A DNA stretch of 64,000 nucleotides from the human T2T-CHM13v2.0 reference genome, Homo sapiens. The stretch lies in the NCBI RefSeq assembly GCF_009914755.1, contig NC_060942.1; one strand, 5' to 3'. This document shows positions 31,205 to 44,682 of the stretch, in pieces; the first letter of the stretch is position 1, and every line of letters starts with the position of its first letter. The notes beneath the pieces are model-generated. The model did no database searches. It worked only from the letters and a program-made list of their open reading frames with translations, and had not been told where the DNA came from. The position numbers and the translations under genes were made by a program.

Positions 31205-32082
31205 GTAAGTCACAGTCCTGGGAGTCCCTGGGGAATAACTGGGCCCTTGAAGACTTGTGGAGATATTTCTTTGATAAATGAAATCTTCAGTGGCAAAAAT
31301 TAATGGCTTGGGAAAAATGCCCTTTTCTGATAAAATGCAGAAGTTATTTTTCTCCTTTAATTATCTGTTGTAAATGCCAGTGCTACCTCTGTGCAAAACC
31401 AAAGACTCATTTTTATTGCTACTTTGCAAAATGAGATGACTCATAACTCAACCAAATCCTTTCCTAAGGTGCTGAGTAGGTATTTTCTCTCTATTGAGGT
31501 TAATTATGCATTTGTTACTTGGCGTAAACTGTGAACAATATTTACTAGATAAAAATTAGGGGGCTGCCTTTAACAGTGCTAATGATATTGTTAACGTATA
31601 TGGCATTTGCTGTTTTGTAAGCTCCTTAACAAGAAAATGATCATCGAATATGCTGATGTGTAGAGATAAGGCATAAATACTTGGAATAAAATATCAATCT
31701 CCTAAGAATTAAAAGAATGTAAAATATAACCCCAAAATGACGCTAAATATATCTTTCATGATAACATCAAAACACAGCTAGGTATTTTATAGTAATACAA
31801 AGGATTCATGATCAAAACTCAAGAGTTGTAGAACAGTGTTGCTTAATTGGTAGAATGCTCAGTAAAGATTTTAATTTCTCATTGGTCATACATGGAGTAA
31901 GTTTTCCTGGATAATGTAATGAATTTGTGGAATTTTATTTTATGTAATATATTGTTCTAATTTCTTTTTTAAAAATAGATTATTTGACAATAACTAGTAT
32001 TTATTATTATTAGTTATGAATATTAACTAGTAATCATTTAAAATTTGAGCTTGTAAAACTCTAGGAACCATCTTCTGTCTCT

Positions 32083-32084
<2 letters not shown>

Positions 32085-32120
<36 letters not shown>
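32085..32120 (+). repeat. (GT)18 microsatellite
   Basis: Perfect dinucleotide run about 0.9 kb downstream of the exon. Confidence 0.97.
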
Positions 32121-32123
<3 letters not shown>

Positions 32124-32149
32124 CATAATTTTAAAAATATTTTAAATAT

Positions 32150-32263
32150 AAATAGACATTGGTCTTGCTATGTTGCTGGTCTCAAACTCCTGATCTCAAA
32201 CAATCCTCCTGCCTTGATTTCCCAAAGTCCTGGGATTACAGGCATGAGCTACCATACCCAGCC
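32150..32263 (-). mobile_element. FLAM/Alu left monomer
   Basis: ggtcttgctatgttgctggtctcaaactcctg...ataccca gcc. Confidence 0.82.
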
Positions 32264-32701
32264 AAGTATTCCATACATTGATATAGATTTACTGCCAGAG
32301 AATACAACTTTCTGTCCAGTCACTTACTAGCTCATGTATGTTTGGTTTTCTCATGAGTAGACGAATTTTAAAATTGTTATATATCTCTAAAGATTATTTG
32401 ATATATGATGTCATAAACAGCCAGCATAATACTTCTCAATCTCATTATATGCAATTATTTGAATTCTAAAGTCTTGCTGATATGTTTGTGTTATAACTAT
32501 GATTATGACTTTGGCAATAAAGTGAAACCTAACTTAATGAGGAACTGCCAGTTTGTAAAAATGTGAGTCCATGATATTTAGTTTGTAAGTAAAATTTTGA
32601 TGGGCTGAGCATATTATATCTTATTTGGATGCCTGGTCAGAGTTCCTGCCTGCTGGTTAGTGACATATACTAGTTGGAGCTCTCTAGCCAGTACAGCTCG
32701 G

Positions 32702-33013
32702 TTTATTTATTTATTTATTTATTTACTTATTTATAGACGGAGTCTGGCTCTGTCGCCCAGGCTGGAATGCAGTGGCGCGATCTCGGCTCACTGTAAGCTC
32801 CGCCTTCGGGTTCACACCATTCTCCTGCCTCAGCCTCCCGAGTAGCTGGGACTACAGGCGCCCGCCACTGCACCCAGCTAATTTTTTGTGTTTTTAGTAG
32901 AGACGGGATTTCACCGTGTTAGCCAGGATGGTCTCGATCTTCTGACCTTGTGATCCGCCCGCCTCGGCCTCCCAAAGTGCTGGGATTACAGGCGCGAACC
33001 ACTGCACCCGGCC
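32702..33013 (-). mobile_element. AluY with (TTTA)n tail
   Basis: CpG-rich antisense Alu with Y diagnostics; TSD-like c(g/a)gtttattt. Confidence 0.92.
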
Positions 33014-34303
33014 CAGTTTATTTTTACTTACAAATGAAACAGGAAAAATTGTCAAGAAGCATTATTATGTTATCTCTGGACTCAGCTATCTTTTATCTGA
33101 AAAAAATAGACACACTCTAGTACTCTAACCCCACTATAAGGATTGGTAATTTGGACACAGATGGGCGTGGAGTGTCTGCTCTACGCTAGGCATTCCACTC
33201 CTGGTTGGGAATTCAAAGATGTGTGAGACACAGTCTTGCCCCGAAAAAGCTTGCATTCTAGTGGAAAAGACGCAAATACACAAATAACTTCAATTCAATA
33301 TAGCAAGTACAGATGGAGAAGTATTTATAGATTGCTGAAGAAAGAGCATTTTACCTAATTTGGAACTCAGGTAAAACTTCTCTGCAAAGATGATATTTGA
33401 ATGGCCAAACTAGTGGTGGTAATGTGTCAGCCAAATGAAGAGAAAGGGTCATCTCTAGGAGGCATGTGGAGCAGCCCTTCCTCCTTATTTTATATTCTCT
33501 TGATTTTTACTAGCTTGCCCACTCATTATCCCACAGAGGCAATCACAGGCACTCCATGGCAGTGCTCAGAGCTAAGGAAAATGCCAACTCCTATTTATCT
33601 TACAGATTGCCTCTTTAAAAATCACTTAGCTTCCACTGTGAGCTGTGAATTTCAAGGCAAACTTCATTCCTTGAGTTATTCTGTGAATCGTCAAAACATG
33701 GTCTATCCGTTAGCCTGGCATGGAACTCCAACTCATTAACATCATCAGACATGTTTACGGAGCCCTTACCATGAATGTAGCACTGGGCCATGCACTGGGG
33801 ATACAGTATTAGAAAGATGGTCCTCTAGTCTATCACTGATCTTCACTTCTTGATAACATAAAACAATGTAAATATGTAATAAATGTGTCTTTATTTTTTA
33901 AAAAAATAGGATAATACAGAATTAATGGATAACAGCTATAGATATGAGTAGGCTAAGACTCAACTGAAAAGAAAAAGACTCAATCCTTAACAAATTCGGT
34001 GATATAAAGAAAGATCATTCCAAGAAGAAAGAAAAATTTTTAAAAACCATTACCAAAAAAAAAATGAGGCAGGAACAATTCGGTGTGATCAAGGACCTGA
34101 AAGAGATCTGTTGTGACTGGAGTGTAGGAAAAGAGGTCATAAAAACTGAATTAGACTACAAGTGATGAGAGTCAATGACAGGGTTTTAAGCCTGGGTCTG
34201 GCATTACAGTCTTAAAATACCACTTTGTATTTTCATTTCCAGTACATAACAGTGATCCTCTGACAGTATAATTCTCCCACAGATGACATATAGAAACTCT
34301 GGA

Positions 34304-34974
34304 TGTCAGGTTCAAGCCCCAGCTGAGGTCCGAGGGCAGTGAGTGGTTGGGGGTAGGGAGCTGGAAGAACACTCAAGAAACGACAGGTAGATGACACATG
34401 GCTTTACTCAGCAGCTCTCTCACACTGTCTGTCTCATCAGCAGCTTACTTACATTGTCCACCTTTATCTCAGCCGCTTGCTCCAGCTGTGCCCTTCTCAG
34501 CAGCTGCTGTGGCTCCTGCCGCTCCCACTCACAGCTGCATGGCCAGCTCTCCCTTACAGGGTCAGCAGCTTCACTCTCTCCCTCTCAGCCCAAGCTGGTT
34601 TCTGGCTCCCCGCGGCCTGCCTTCAGGCAACCGGCTCTCCCTTACAGAGTCAGCAACTTCACTGTCTCTCTGGGCACAAGCCCAACCTGTGCCCTGGCTC
34701 CCCCATGTTCAACTGCAAAACTAACACATTTGCAGAGACCACTCTGGCTCTCTTTCTTTCTCTGGGCATGCCATATGCACAGCGTCAGCAGGGCAGTTAG
34801 ACCTTTTACAAACAATAGTGGCTCCAAGCCAGGTAATGAGCCTTCCCGTGTTATGGCTACATAGCTGTGTTTACATAATGCATGGAATTGTGCACCTGCA
34901 CTCCGATCCTGCTGAGTCATGCAGGATGTTTACCTCGGCCTGTACTTGACCAAAGCACATCCATTTACCTTACA
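34304..34974 (-). mobile_element. Solo ERVL LTR of the LTR18 family
   Basis: TG...CA termini with a perfect 5-bp TSD CTGGA (34299-34303, 34975-34979). The minus strand begins tgtaaggtaaatggatgtgctttggtcaag, as recalled for LTR18. Locally GC-rich. Confidence 0.85.
34910..34920 (+). promoter_or_regulatory. AP-1 / NFE2-MAF (ARE) motif TGCTGAGTCAT in the LTR
   Basis: Exact motif match; function untested. Confidence 0.5.
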
Positions 34975-35158
34975 CTGGACAAAATACAAAAACAAAGAAG
35001 TCCCTGGGTCTCTGAAAAAAGCAAGTCATTTTGGAGGAAAGTCAGATCTGGAATCAAGGGAATGACAGCTTCTCCCTTTCTCTGGGTGCAGCTTTAGGCT
35101 GGGGGCAGATGTAGTCACACCAAAGCAATATTGGCCATGGCAATGGGATGACTAAAAC

Positions 35159-35704
35159 CAGCAGTTCCCAACTACCAGGGCATGAACCAGTGCTGGGCTG
35201 TGGCCTGTTAGAAACCAGGCTGCATAGCAGGAGGTGAGCAGCAGTGGGCAAGGGAGCAAAGCTTCATCTGTGTTTATTTACAGCTGCTCCCCATGGCTGG
35301 CATTACCACCTGAGCTCCACCTCCTGTCAGATCGGTGGCAGCATTACATTCTCATAGGAGCACAAACCCTATTGTGAACTATGCATGAAAGGGATACAGG
35401 CTGTGCGCTCCTTATGAGAATCTAATGCCTGATGATCTGTCACTGTCTCCCATCACCCCCAGATGGGACCATCTAGTTGCTGTAAAACAATCTCAGGGCT
35501 CCCACTGATTCTACATTATGGTGAGTTGTATAATTATTTCATTATGTACTACAATGTAATAATAGTAGAAATGAAGTGCACAATAAATGCAATATGCTTG
35601 AATCATCCCGAAACTGTCCCCCAGCCCCCACAAACCCCCTGGTCCATGGAAAAATTGTCTTCCATGAAACCTGTCCCTGGTGCCAAACAGGTTGGGAACT
35701 GCTG
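35159..35704 (+). mobile_element. MER1A (hAT-Charlie non-autonomous DNA transposon), full length
   Basis: 14-bp TIRs CAGCAGTTCCCAAC / GTTGGGAACTGCTG; perfect 8-bp TSD ACTAAAAC (35151-35158, 35705-35712); internal ccttatgagaatctaatgcctgatgatctg. Confidence 0.92.
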
Positions 35705-35899
35705 ACTAAAACAACCACAGAAAGATTCGGCATCATTGTTCAGAAACCAGGAGAAATCTAGGCTGCCAGAAAGGGAGGAAGAAACTCCACCAAAGAGAAT
35801 GCTAGAGAAGGGGAGCTCTTAAATATGTACATAAACTCAGAATGAGAGTGTGGCTGACACTTGAACCAGTTATGAAGTGGCAAATTGAAAGCAACTCAC

Positions 35900-38760
35900 A
35901 ACTAAAGCTTAAGCATCTCACTGAAGTTTGAGCCACACCCCACCACAGGTGTAGCATTTGGCAATTCAGTCTAAGCAAGGTAATTGCTGGCTGAAACAAA
36001 ACACTAACCATCTCAGATAAATGTAACAGAATCCAGAGGCTACACGTGACAATTACAATGTCCAATATAAAATCCAAAATTCCTCAAGATAAAAAATACT
36101 ATGAAAATGGAGTCCAATCTAAAAGGAAAAGAAAATCAGCAAATGTTCAACCTGATATGATTCAGATTCTGAATTATTAGAATGGGATTTAAAACCAGCT
36201 ATTATGCCTATGCTTGATGAAGTGAATGAAAATATCCTTACTCTTTTAATTTTAAAAAAAGTATTTTTGGCAGAAAAACAAAAATTATTTTTTTTTAGAA
36301 ATCCTAATATAACTCATTCTACCATAAAGGCACATGCACATATATGTACATCGCAACACTATTCACAATACCAAGGACATGGAACCAACCTAAGAAAATG
36401 TTGTACGTATACACCATATGGTACATATGGATACTATGTGGCCATGAAAAAAGAACAAGATCATGTATAACATGGATGGAACTGGAGGCCATTATCCTTA
36501 GCAAACTAATGCAGGAACAGAAAAACCATATACCACCTGTTCTCACTTATAAGTGAGAGCTAAATAATGAGAACATATGGACAGAATGAGAGGAACAACA
36601 AACACTGGGATCTACTTGAGGGAGGAGGGTGGATGGAAGGAGGTTTCAGGAAAAAAAAAACTGTTGAGTACTATGCTTAGTACCTGAGTGATGAAATAAT
36701 CTGTACACCAAACCCCCAGTCACAAGTTTACCTATATAGCAAACCTGCACATACACCCCTAGCCTAAAATAAAAGTTAAACAATATATTTTTTAAAAAAG
36801 CAAAAACAAAATTCACCTGCAAAAAGGAGAAAAAAGAGAAATCTTAAATGGAAATTTTAGAACTACAAGTAAGACATCCAAAATTTAAATTTCACTGGGT
36901 AGGATTAATAGCAGGAAGAAAATAATAGAAGAAATAGTGAACTTAAAGATAGAACAACAGCAACAACAAAAAATCACTGGCTATGAAAAAGAGAATTTTT
37001 AAAAAACAAAGAAGTAAAACCGCTTCTGGGACTTAAGGGACAATTTCCTAGTTAGTATTCCCATTGCAAAGAAAGAAGAGAATGAGAAAGAAAAAAATTT
37101 GAAAAAGATAATGGCTGAAAAATTCCCAAATTTGTTGAAAGACATGAATTTACAGATTTAATAAATTCAGTGAATTTGAAGCAGGATGTTTGGAAAAAGA
37201 ATCATGCCTACCAGGTCTTTCATAAAAGAGAAAGAAAATCTTCAAAGCACCCAGAGAAAAAAGACATGACATACCGGGGGTCAGTGATTTGGAGGGCAGT
37301 GATCTTGGAAACCAGAAAAGTCTGTGGGATATCTTTAGGATGACACACACACACAAAAAAGTATCTTCAACCAAAAATTCTATGTCTGTGAAAAATATCC
37401 TTTAAAATGAAGGTGAGATAAAGTCACTTTCAGATTAAGAAGAAAAAACACCTAAAGGTATTTATTTCCTTCAGATCTATACTCCAAAAGTGTTGAAAGT
37501 GAGTTCTTCAGGCAGATTATACCAGAGGACTTGAATCTTCAGGAATAGATGAAGGGAATCAAGAATTATAAATATATAGGTAAATATAAAATACTAACTT
37601 TGTCATTATATATGTATACATGATTTATAATGTATGAATATTTAATATATGTGATAAATATAATGTAAAGATGTTGGTGGTGAGTAAAACGGACTCATAC
37701 CATTGTAAGATTTTCATGGCTTACATAAAGTGGTACAATATTAAGTATAAGTAGACTTGGAAAAATTAAGGAGTTTATTGTAATCCCCAGAATAACATTT
37801 TTAAGTTAACATAAAAATATGTAGCTCAAAAGTGAATAAACTAAAATTGAATTTTAAATAATATTCAAAAATTCCAGAAGAAAATAAGAAAGGAGAAAAG
37901 AGGTAAAACAACAACAACAAAAATATGAAAAATGTAAACAAAGAAGAAAATAGTTTATTTAAAGCCAATCCATGAATAATTACGTTGTGTTAGTAAACAT
38001 TCCAATTAAAAAGGAAAAATTATTTGAATGGAAATAAATCAAGACCTAACAATAGGCTGTCTACAAAAGATGCACATTAAATATACAAATAGCCTGAATG
38101 CAAATGGATGGAAAAAATGATTGGCCATGAAAATAGTAATCATAAGAAATTTGGAGTGGCTGTATTAAATCAGAGAAATAGACTTCCGGACAAAGAGTAT
38201 TACCAAAGATAAACAGGTTGTTTCATGATGACAACAGTATCAATTCATCAGGACAAATAAAAATCACAAATTTTATGGAACTAATTACAGAACTTAAAAA
38301 TACATAAAGCAAATTTGACAGATTTAAAGGAAGAAAGAAACAATTTCACAATCTATATTGAAGATTTTAACCCCCTCCCTTTCTCACCAAATGATAGACT
38401 AGCTAGAAAAAATATATATATCAGCAAGGATATGAGATCAGACTTAACACAATCAACCACTTTGACTTGATACTTTTATACCAATACACAAAACAACTAT
38501 AGAATAAAGGTTACTTTCAAGTTCACATGACATGGTCAACAAAGTAGACCACGTTCAAGAATATTAACAAGTCCTAATAAATTGAAAAATATTGTGTTCT
38601 TTGACCATAGATGTTTTAAATGTGAAATCAATAACAATGTATTATCTAGAAAGCTCTAAATATTTGAAAATTAGCATATGCCAAGGAGCAATATGCAAAA
38701 GGGCTAAATAGATATCACAAAAGCAAATATTCTAAACTGAAAGATAGCAAAAATAGATTG
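35900..38760 (+). mobile_element. Old L1M ORF1-to-ORF2(EN) region, interrupted by a younger L1 3' end
   Basis: ataatggctgaaaattcccaaatttg; ggctgtctacaaaagatgcac; caattcatcagga; agtagaccac. Confidence 0.75.
36316..36800 (+). mobile_element. L1PA(13-16)/L1PB 3' end
   Basis: tggatggaactggaggccattatccttagcaaactaatgcaggaacagaaaa...ctgtacaccaaacccc...aataaaagtt. Confidence 0.85.
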
Positions 38761-38829
38761 CAATAAGCCTTATTTCATTGTTTTTGATTAAAAGGACAAA
38801 TTTTGGATATGGTGTGTAAAAACGGACAG

Positions 38830-39560
38830 GACTTACTTATGAATTAAGTGTCGGGTGTGAATGAAAGGTAGAACTCATGCATGATCTGTGGGTTTGGGCT
38901 TGAGCAACAATGTCAAGGATGATGCAGTTCATGGAGATGAGGAAGCCTAGAAGATCTGGCTTTGGGTAAAAATCATAAGCTTTTACTTCATATATGTTAA
39001 ATTTCAAATGTCTATTAGGCATTCAAACTGAAATGTCAAGTAGTCAATTCGATAAATAGTTATGGGCTGAGGTGAGGGAAATGTCACTGCTAAAGTTGTT
39101 CCTTTGGTTATCTTTGGCATATTGATAGTACCTTATTCTATAGTTCTGGATAAAATGTCCTTGGGAAAGACAGAGAAGAAAAAGAAGATAATTAGCAATC
39201 CAACGTTTGGAAGACTAGTGAAGGAAAAAGGAACAGCATAGAAATCTAGGGAAAAGAACAGTAAAAGGTGAGAAATAACATTAAGAGTAGATCATTGGAA
39301 ACCAAGAGAAAACTATTTATAAAGATGAGCAAATGGTATTATGGCTAACACCAACAAGAGATTAAGTAATATGAAAGCAAAGAGACCATTTCATTTATGA
39401 CACAGAGGTCCTTGATGACTTTGACAAAAGCTGTTTCATTCAAATATGGGGACTAAGTTTACTTGAAGGAGCCTATAAGAGAATGATAGATGAGAAAAAG
39501 ACAGCTACTTAGAAAATGTTTTCAAGAAGTTTTGAGCCACGACATGTAGCAGGTATGTTT
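38830..39560 (-). mobile_element. L2
   Basis: gggcttgagcaac; tatgttaaatttcaaatgtctattaggcattcaaactgaaatgtcaagtag; gaggtccttgatgactttgacaaaagctgtttc. Confidence 0.7.
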
Positions 39561-41574
39561 TCAAATATGACATATATGTTACCTACAGGTAACACACCTG
39601 TAGGCCTATGGGAATGATCTAGTAAGCAGGAAATGTGATGAGGAGAAAGTTTATGTGTGTAATTATAGGGTTTTGTCCTTGACAGAACCTGGGATACTTC
39701 ATTCATTCTAACAAAAAAGCTGGAAGAGAATATGAGTATTGATATAAGTAGGTTGGATAAAAATTAATATTGGAAAACTGTGATCAACATTTCAGAAACA
39801 CACATGCTCTATGTGTGTGATTTTTCCCTCCAATGTGTGAAAATGAAGCGGCAAAACAGCATGAAGAGCCCAATGAGAACAGGAACAGTTAAGGGAATCA
39901 TCTTGTGATTAAAAACTACACAGACTTTTTAAATTAAAGCTCCCTGAAGCTCTTTTGTAACTGTGTTCAGTAGATATGACAGCTAAAATTTACCTTTTTG
40001 TGGCAATGCTATGAAGATGAAAGTTTTTATTATTACAACTTTCCTTTCATAGCATTGGAAAGGTAATTCACTTTCCCGGTGACTTAAGTTTCCCTTTGGG
40101 AATTTTATTATTATTTTTTTCTGTGATGGATGGTGAACTGAAACAGCAAAGTTCAACCAATCCTGATATGGAAAAATAACATAGGCATGATTCATCAGTA
40201 GTACAAATTTTAAGGTTTTTTTTTAAGAGTGTATGCAAGGCCCCTTTTCTGATTTTGATTTTATTTTAGTAAATATTACCTAAGGCTTGTTTCTTTGTAT
40301 CAACCTTACTATGTCTCTTCTTTCCACTGTCTTAACTAGTTCAATGATTCTGATTTCTGTTTCTTTTTTTCCCTTAGGACGTACATCTGGTTTTCTTCAA
40401 ATTCTCTTTTACCATCCTTTCGTTATTCTATAACGCCACTCTTTATCATTCAAATGTGATCTATTCTTCCTAGTCATCAAAATTACATTACTATTAAGCA
40501 AGTCTGAATTGCTCAAATTAAGGTAAAAGCCATCAATAGGAATATATGCACTTGTTGAGTGAGATAAGTAACATACGGGCACATCCATCTCTAGAAGTTG
40601 TTGCCTCTGTGCTACCAAGGAAAAGAGATCTGCCCTCTTTATTGGGGAATTGCTATTAAGCCCAATTCATATATGATGAACGCAGTATGATTATGAATGT
40701 AATCATATAATGTAATATAAATCTTTGTGAGACACTATGTGTAGTGACAATGCAGACCCCAAGTTTCAGAAAATGAAGATGCTCTTCTTGTTTGTACACT
40801 AGGGATCGTAATTGTCCTAATCTTCTAGGACCAGGAGGAGACTTGACTAAGTTTCTACATATAAAAATTTTAAGAGTGTTTGGAGGAGTCAATCAACACT
40901 AAGAGTTATTATCATTATTGTTTTGAAATTTTACAATCTGATGAAGTAAGGTTTATAAATAGCTAACTATAATGAAATATGATTAAATGTAGAGTGCAAT
41001 GTTAAAAGTACACAGGAACAGTTAATTCTGCTTCTGGCAACTAGGACTTTACCAAGGACGTGACACTTAAGGGACTTCTTAGGTTTACTTAGTTTTGACA
41101 AAGTAAAATAATGGGGGAATGCTCTATATGAAGAAAAATGTGACCACAAGTACTGAAAAGCTACATTGCACAATGATTTGAAGAGAATTTGAGTTATCTA
41201 GTGTTGGCAGGCTCTGAAAGGAGGCCTGGAGTGGGAAAGATGAGCCCAAAAAAATTGCATGGGGCAATAATTGGGTATAAATACCTTACTATGAGTTTAG
41301 TTTTTATCTTTAGGCAATAGCGAAGTTGTGAAAGGGTTAAAATGTTTTTTGTCATATTCTCAAATAGGTATTTCAGAAAAAAATCCATTTTTGTGGTGTC
41401 ATAGCCAATGGATAGGGTAATACACTATGTAACAGAGAAACTAGTTAATTAAATATTATAATATTCCCACTTCCCAAAAATAGATGTCAGAGTCCTGAAT
41501 GGAGAAAGGTACGTGAATGGAAAGGAGGAGATAGATTTAGGTGACGTTCTCCAGGCACAGTCAAGTAGAATTAA

Positions 41575-41705
41575 TTACTTAATGGATACAGTGTACACCC
41601 TTCAGGCCATGGTGAAAAGCCTAGGCTTCCCTACTGCACAGCATATTCATGTAGCAAAACTGCACAGGTATTTCCTAAATTTATACAAATAAAACTTTTT
41701 AAAAA
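41575..41705 (+). mobile_element. Short L1PB/L1MA 3' terminal fragment
   Basis: atattcatgtagcaaaactgcac...cctaaatttatacaaataaaa. Confidence 0.6.
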
Positions 41706-44573
41706 GACTTTGTAACTGACTGTGTATAGGGGAAATGGAAGAGAGAGGAATGAAAGTTCTGATCTTTTCAAGACAGGGTGGTGGATGCATGATTTTGCAC
41801 TCACAGAAACAGTTACCATATGAGGAGCAGTTTTCACTGGTAAAGAAAAATGTCATCCTTGGCATGGTATGAGGCATCTATGGTATATTCAGGCATATAT
41901 TTTCATTAAGCAATTAGAAGTACAGCAGATTGTAGTGAAATTGCCCAGGAAGCCTACTGAATAGAATTAAAGTTAAGGTAGGTGTATATCAAAGCCCATG
42001 TGCAAAAGCAGATCCATGCAAAATTAAACTTTATAATAAGCCCTTTTCTCTAGATGACATGGAGTTTGGTATCAGCCTTAGAGTAACATCCGTGGTATTT
42101 CACAGGTATTTCAATTCCGAGATTATTGAGAGCTACAAATAAAAAAAAGTTGAGCCCTGACAGGAAAAAAGCTAATTTAAGAAATGCTTTTAAAAATTGC
42201 AAAGAGTGCCACTTAAATGAGTAGCTGTTAGTGGAATAAATGTTAAAAGACTAAACAGCAAAGGTTATAGTAATTATCAATACTATGTAACTATACTCCT
42301 AAGGAAATAGTAATAATTCTAAAGAGAGAATATATTTATTTTAACAAAGAGAAAATTGTTTAAAATTTTTTATATTTACAAAGGAGAAGGAGAAAGCACA
42401 TTATTGGAGGCCATGGGTGTTTCCTTGGGACAGGACAGGTGGCTGTGGGTGACTTCAATGTCACCATAGGGATCAGATGGTGTTATTTTGTCCAAGACCT
42501 AGACAATCAGCCATCAAGGCAAAAAAAATCACAGAAGTTTTTAAATATTTTTATGCTCAAATATACTCTTGCTCTTACAAAATCATGGACTAAACCATAA
42601 TTCCTCATGGCTTGCTCCATTTCTAGAATCATTAACCCTTTTTCTTCAGAAGTGTACATTGGCCAAGTTGTAAATTTGGTCATAGTTGCCTCTGAGGTTC
42701 AGGTAAATAAAGGAAGCTCCTTTTATGAGAAAGGCGAGATGTGGAATCTTTGTTTTCTCTTAGATAATTAATGGCCAGTCCAAATATTGGATCTCCAGAA
42801 TTGGGAAAAAATATTCATCATCAAGATGGCTTAGAGAAATAGACTAGTGTGGATTTCTCAAACTGTTCTATTTGTGAGTGTTTAAATATCTTGAACTTGT
42901 AACTAAGCAGTTACTTTGATATACCCTAAAATCAAAGTAACTGGTTAGTTACAAGTTTAAGATATTTATGCTGTAACACTCAATAGCAATAAATTAAAAT
43001 AATCAAATGAATGAAATGTTTGCAACCTAAATGAGAGATTTCTGAAAAAATAAGCCAAGGATACAATTATTTCTTTACCAACTTTAACTTTGTGTTATGC
43101 CCTATCTGGAACATACATATTATAAGCTTATGAGTATTAATGGTCTCATTTAGACATTTGATATGTTTACTGTGAGAGTGATCTTGCAGCATAAATCAAT
43201 TTTTATATGAAACTGCTATAAAATGGTATATACTTTTTAGAAACTTCTTGGCAGAGAGAAATTTGAAATTCAAATCACTAGCTGCTGAGGGAAGTTATTA
43301 AAAATGCATTAGGGTTGAAAATGTAGCTGTATATAATTGTCATAACAGATATTGAAAACAAATTTATCCTCAATGAAAACTGAACTAGAGCAATTTACAT
43401 AGAATCAGCTAATAAATTTTCCTTAATTTTCTAAGCAGATGAAAAAGTAGCAGTTTATAGACATTTTAATAAAATAAATATGAGTTCTGTCTACAGGGAG
43501 GAAAATATAAATAAAATCCCTTAGAAGGATGAATGAAGATAAAACAACGTGAAGTTCCATGAAAACTGCATGATGCCAGAAAAGCGATGCTTGTATTGGG
43601 ACCAATCTCACTTCTAAATTCCCTGTAACCCAACACTGAAAACATCATTTTATTCTCTTTGTTTGGCCTTGGCAGTATTTATCCTTAGGTAAAGCAAACA
43701 TCTCAGAAAGTTGGGGAAAATAAAGGCATCCTTGTGAAAAACAGCCACCTATAAATACACTATTTCTTCAAAACTAGAAGAAAAGGCATTGGTAAATGCA
43801 GAAATGGCACATGGGCATAATGTTCTGTTGGACACTCTACCCTCATTTTGATTCCACGAAGAAACGGCCCTATGCTTGGATGAGCACATATGTCATGCGA
43901 TGTGAAAGCTGTTAAAGGGCTTGGTGTCTCTTGAAATACCTGCTGGAAGTTCCCAAAGTGATCATGATTTGTTTAGATTAAGGTGTCTTATCTATTCATT
44001 AATGTATTCATCCATCTTCAATCTCTTATCTGGAAGAGGTCTCAATTTCTTGAACATTAAGCACTTACTAATATACACATCGGTTTCTAGGACAGTGACA
44101 CCTCAATTCACAATCATTTACTGATTGATTTACTTATATTACCACATGCAGGTGTCTCAGGGAAGACTCAAAGAAATGGAAAATGAAAAGTTCATTTTTA
44201 TTTTGGATGAAGAGCAGGGAATATGCCCACAGACTGAGCACCATCTGTGTAGAGCATCTCTAGAGAGATGTTCTGGTTATGAATGGAAAACTCGAAACCA
44301 GAGATTAGCGAGAGGCACTAGGTGTTAAGACTTTCAGGTGGAGGGTATCTGTAACATTGTGATGTCTAAATTCTAGGAACCTTCCAGAGCTAAACTTGAT
44401 TTTTGTAATAGTTGAATTAAAGTCAATTAAAATTTTACAAAATCTTAGATATCTATCGCCAATAAGAATTATTCTATGTGGCTTAATAATGCCGTGGAAA
44501 GCAGATCACTCAGTACTTCGGATTTCTGTTTATTACCCATTTCTCCACAGCAGTTATGATTCAGACTCCTAGG

Positions 44574-44682
44574 AAACCACCATGGCACATACATACCTAT
44601 GTAACAAACCTGCACGTTCTGCACCTGTATCCCAGAACGTAAAGTAAAATAAATAAATAAATAAATTATTTAAAAAGAAAAA
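44574..44682 (+). mobile_element. Short L1PA 3' terminal fragment
   Basis: aaaccaccatggcacatacatacctatgtaacaaacctgcacgttctgcac...aaagtaaaataaataaa. Confidence 0.85.

Noticed and set aside
31205-31303. In-frame extension of the DOK6 ORF past the donor
   Set aside because: The consensus AAG|GTAAGT donor marks the exon end, and the extension does not resemble DOK PH-domain sequence.
34391-34920. Cluster of overlapping 92-157 aa ORFs
   Set aside because: All lie inside the GC-rich solo LTR, have low-complexity composition and resemble no protein family I know.
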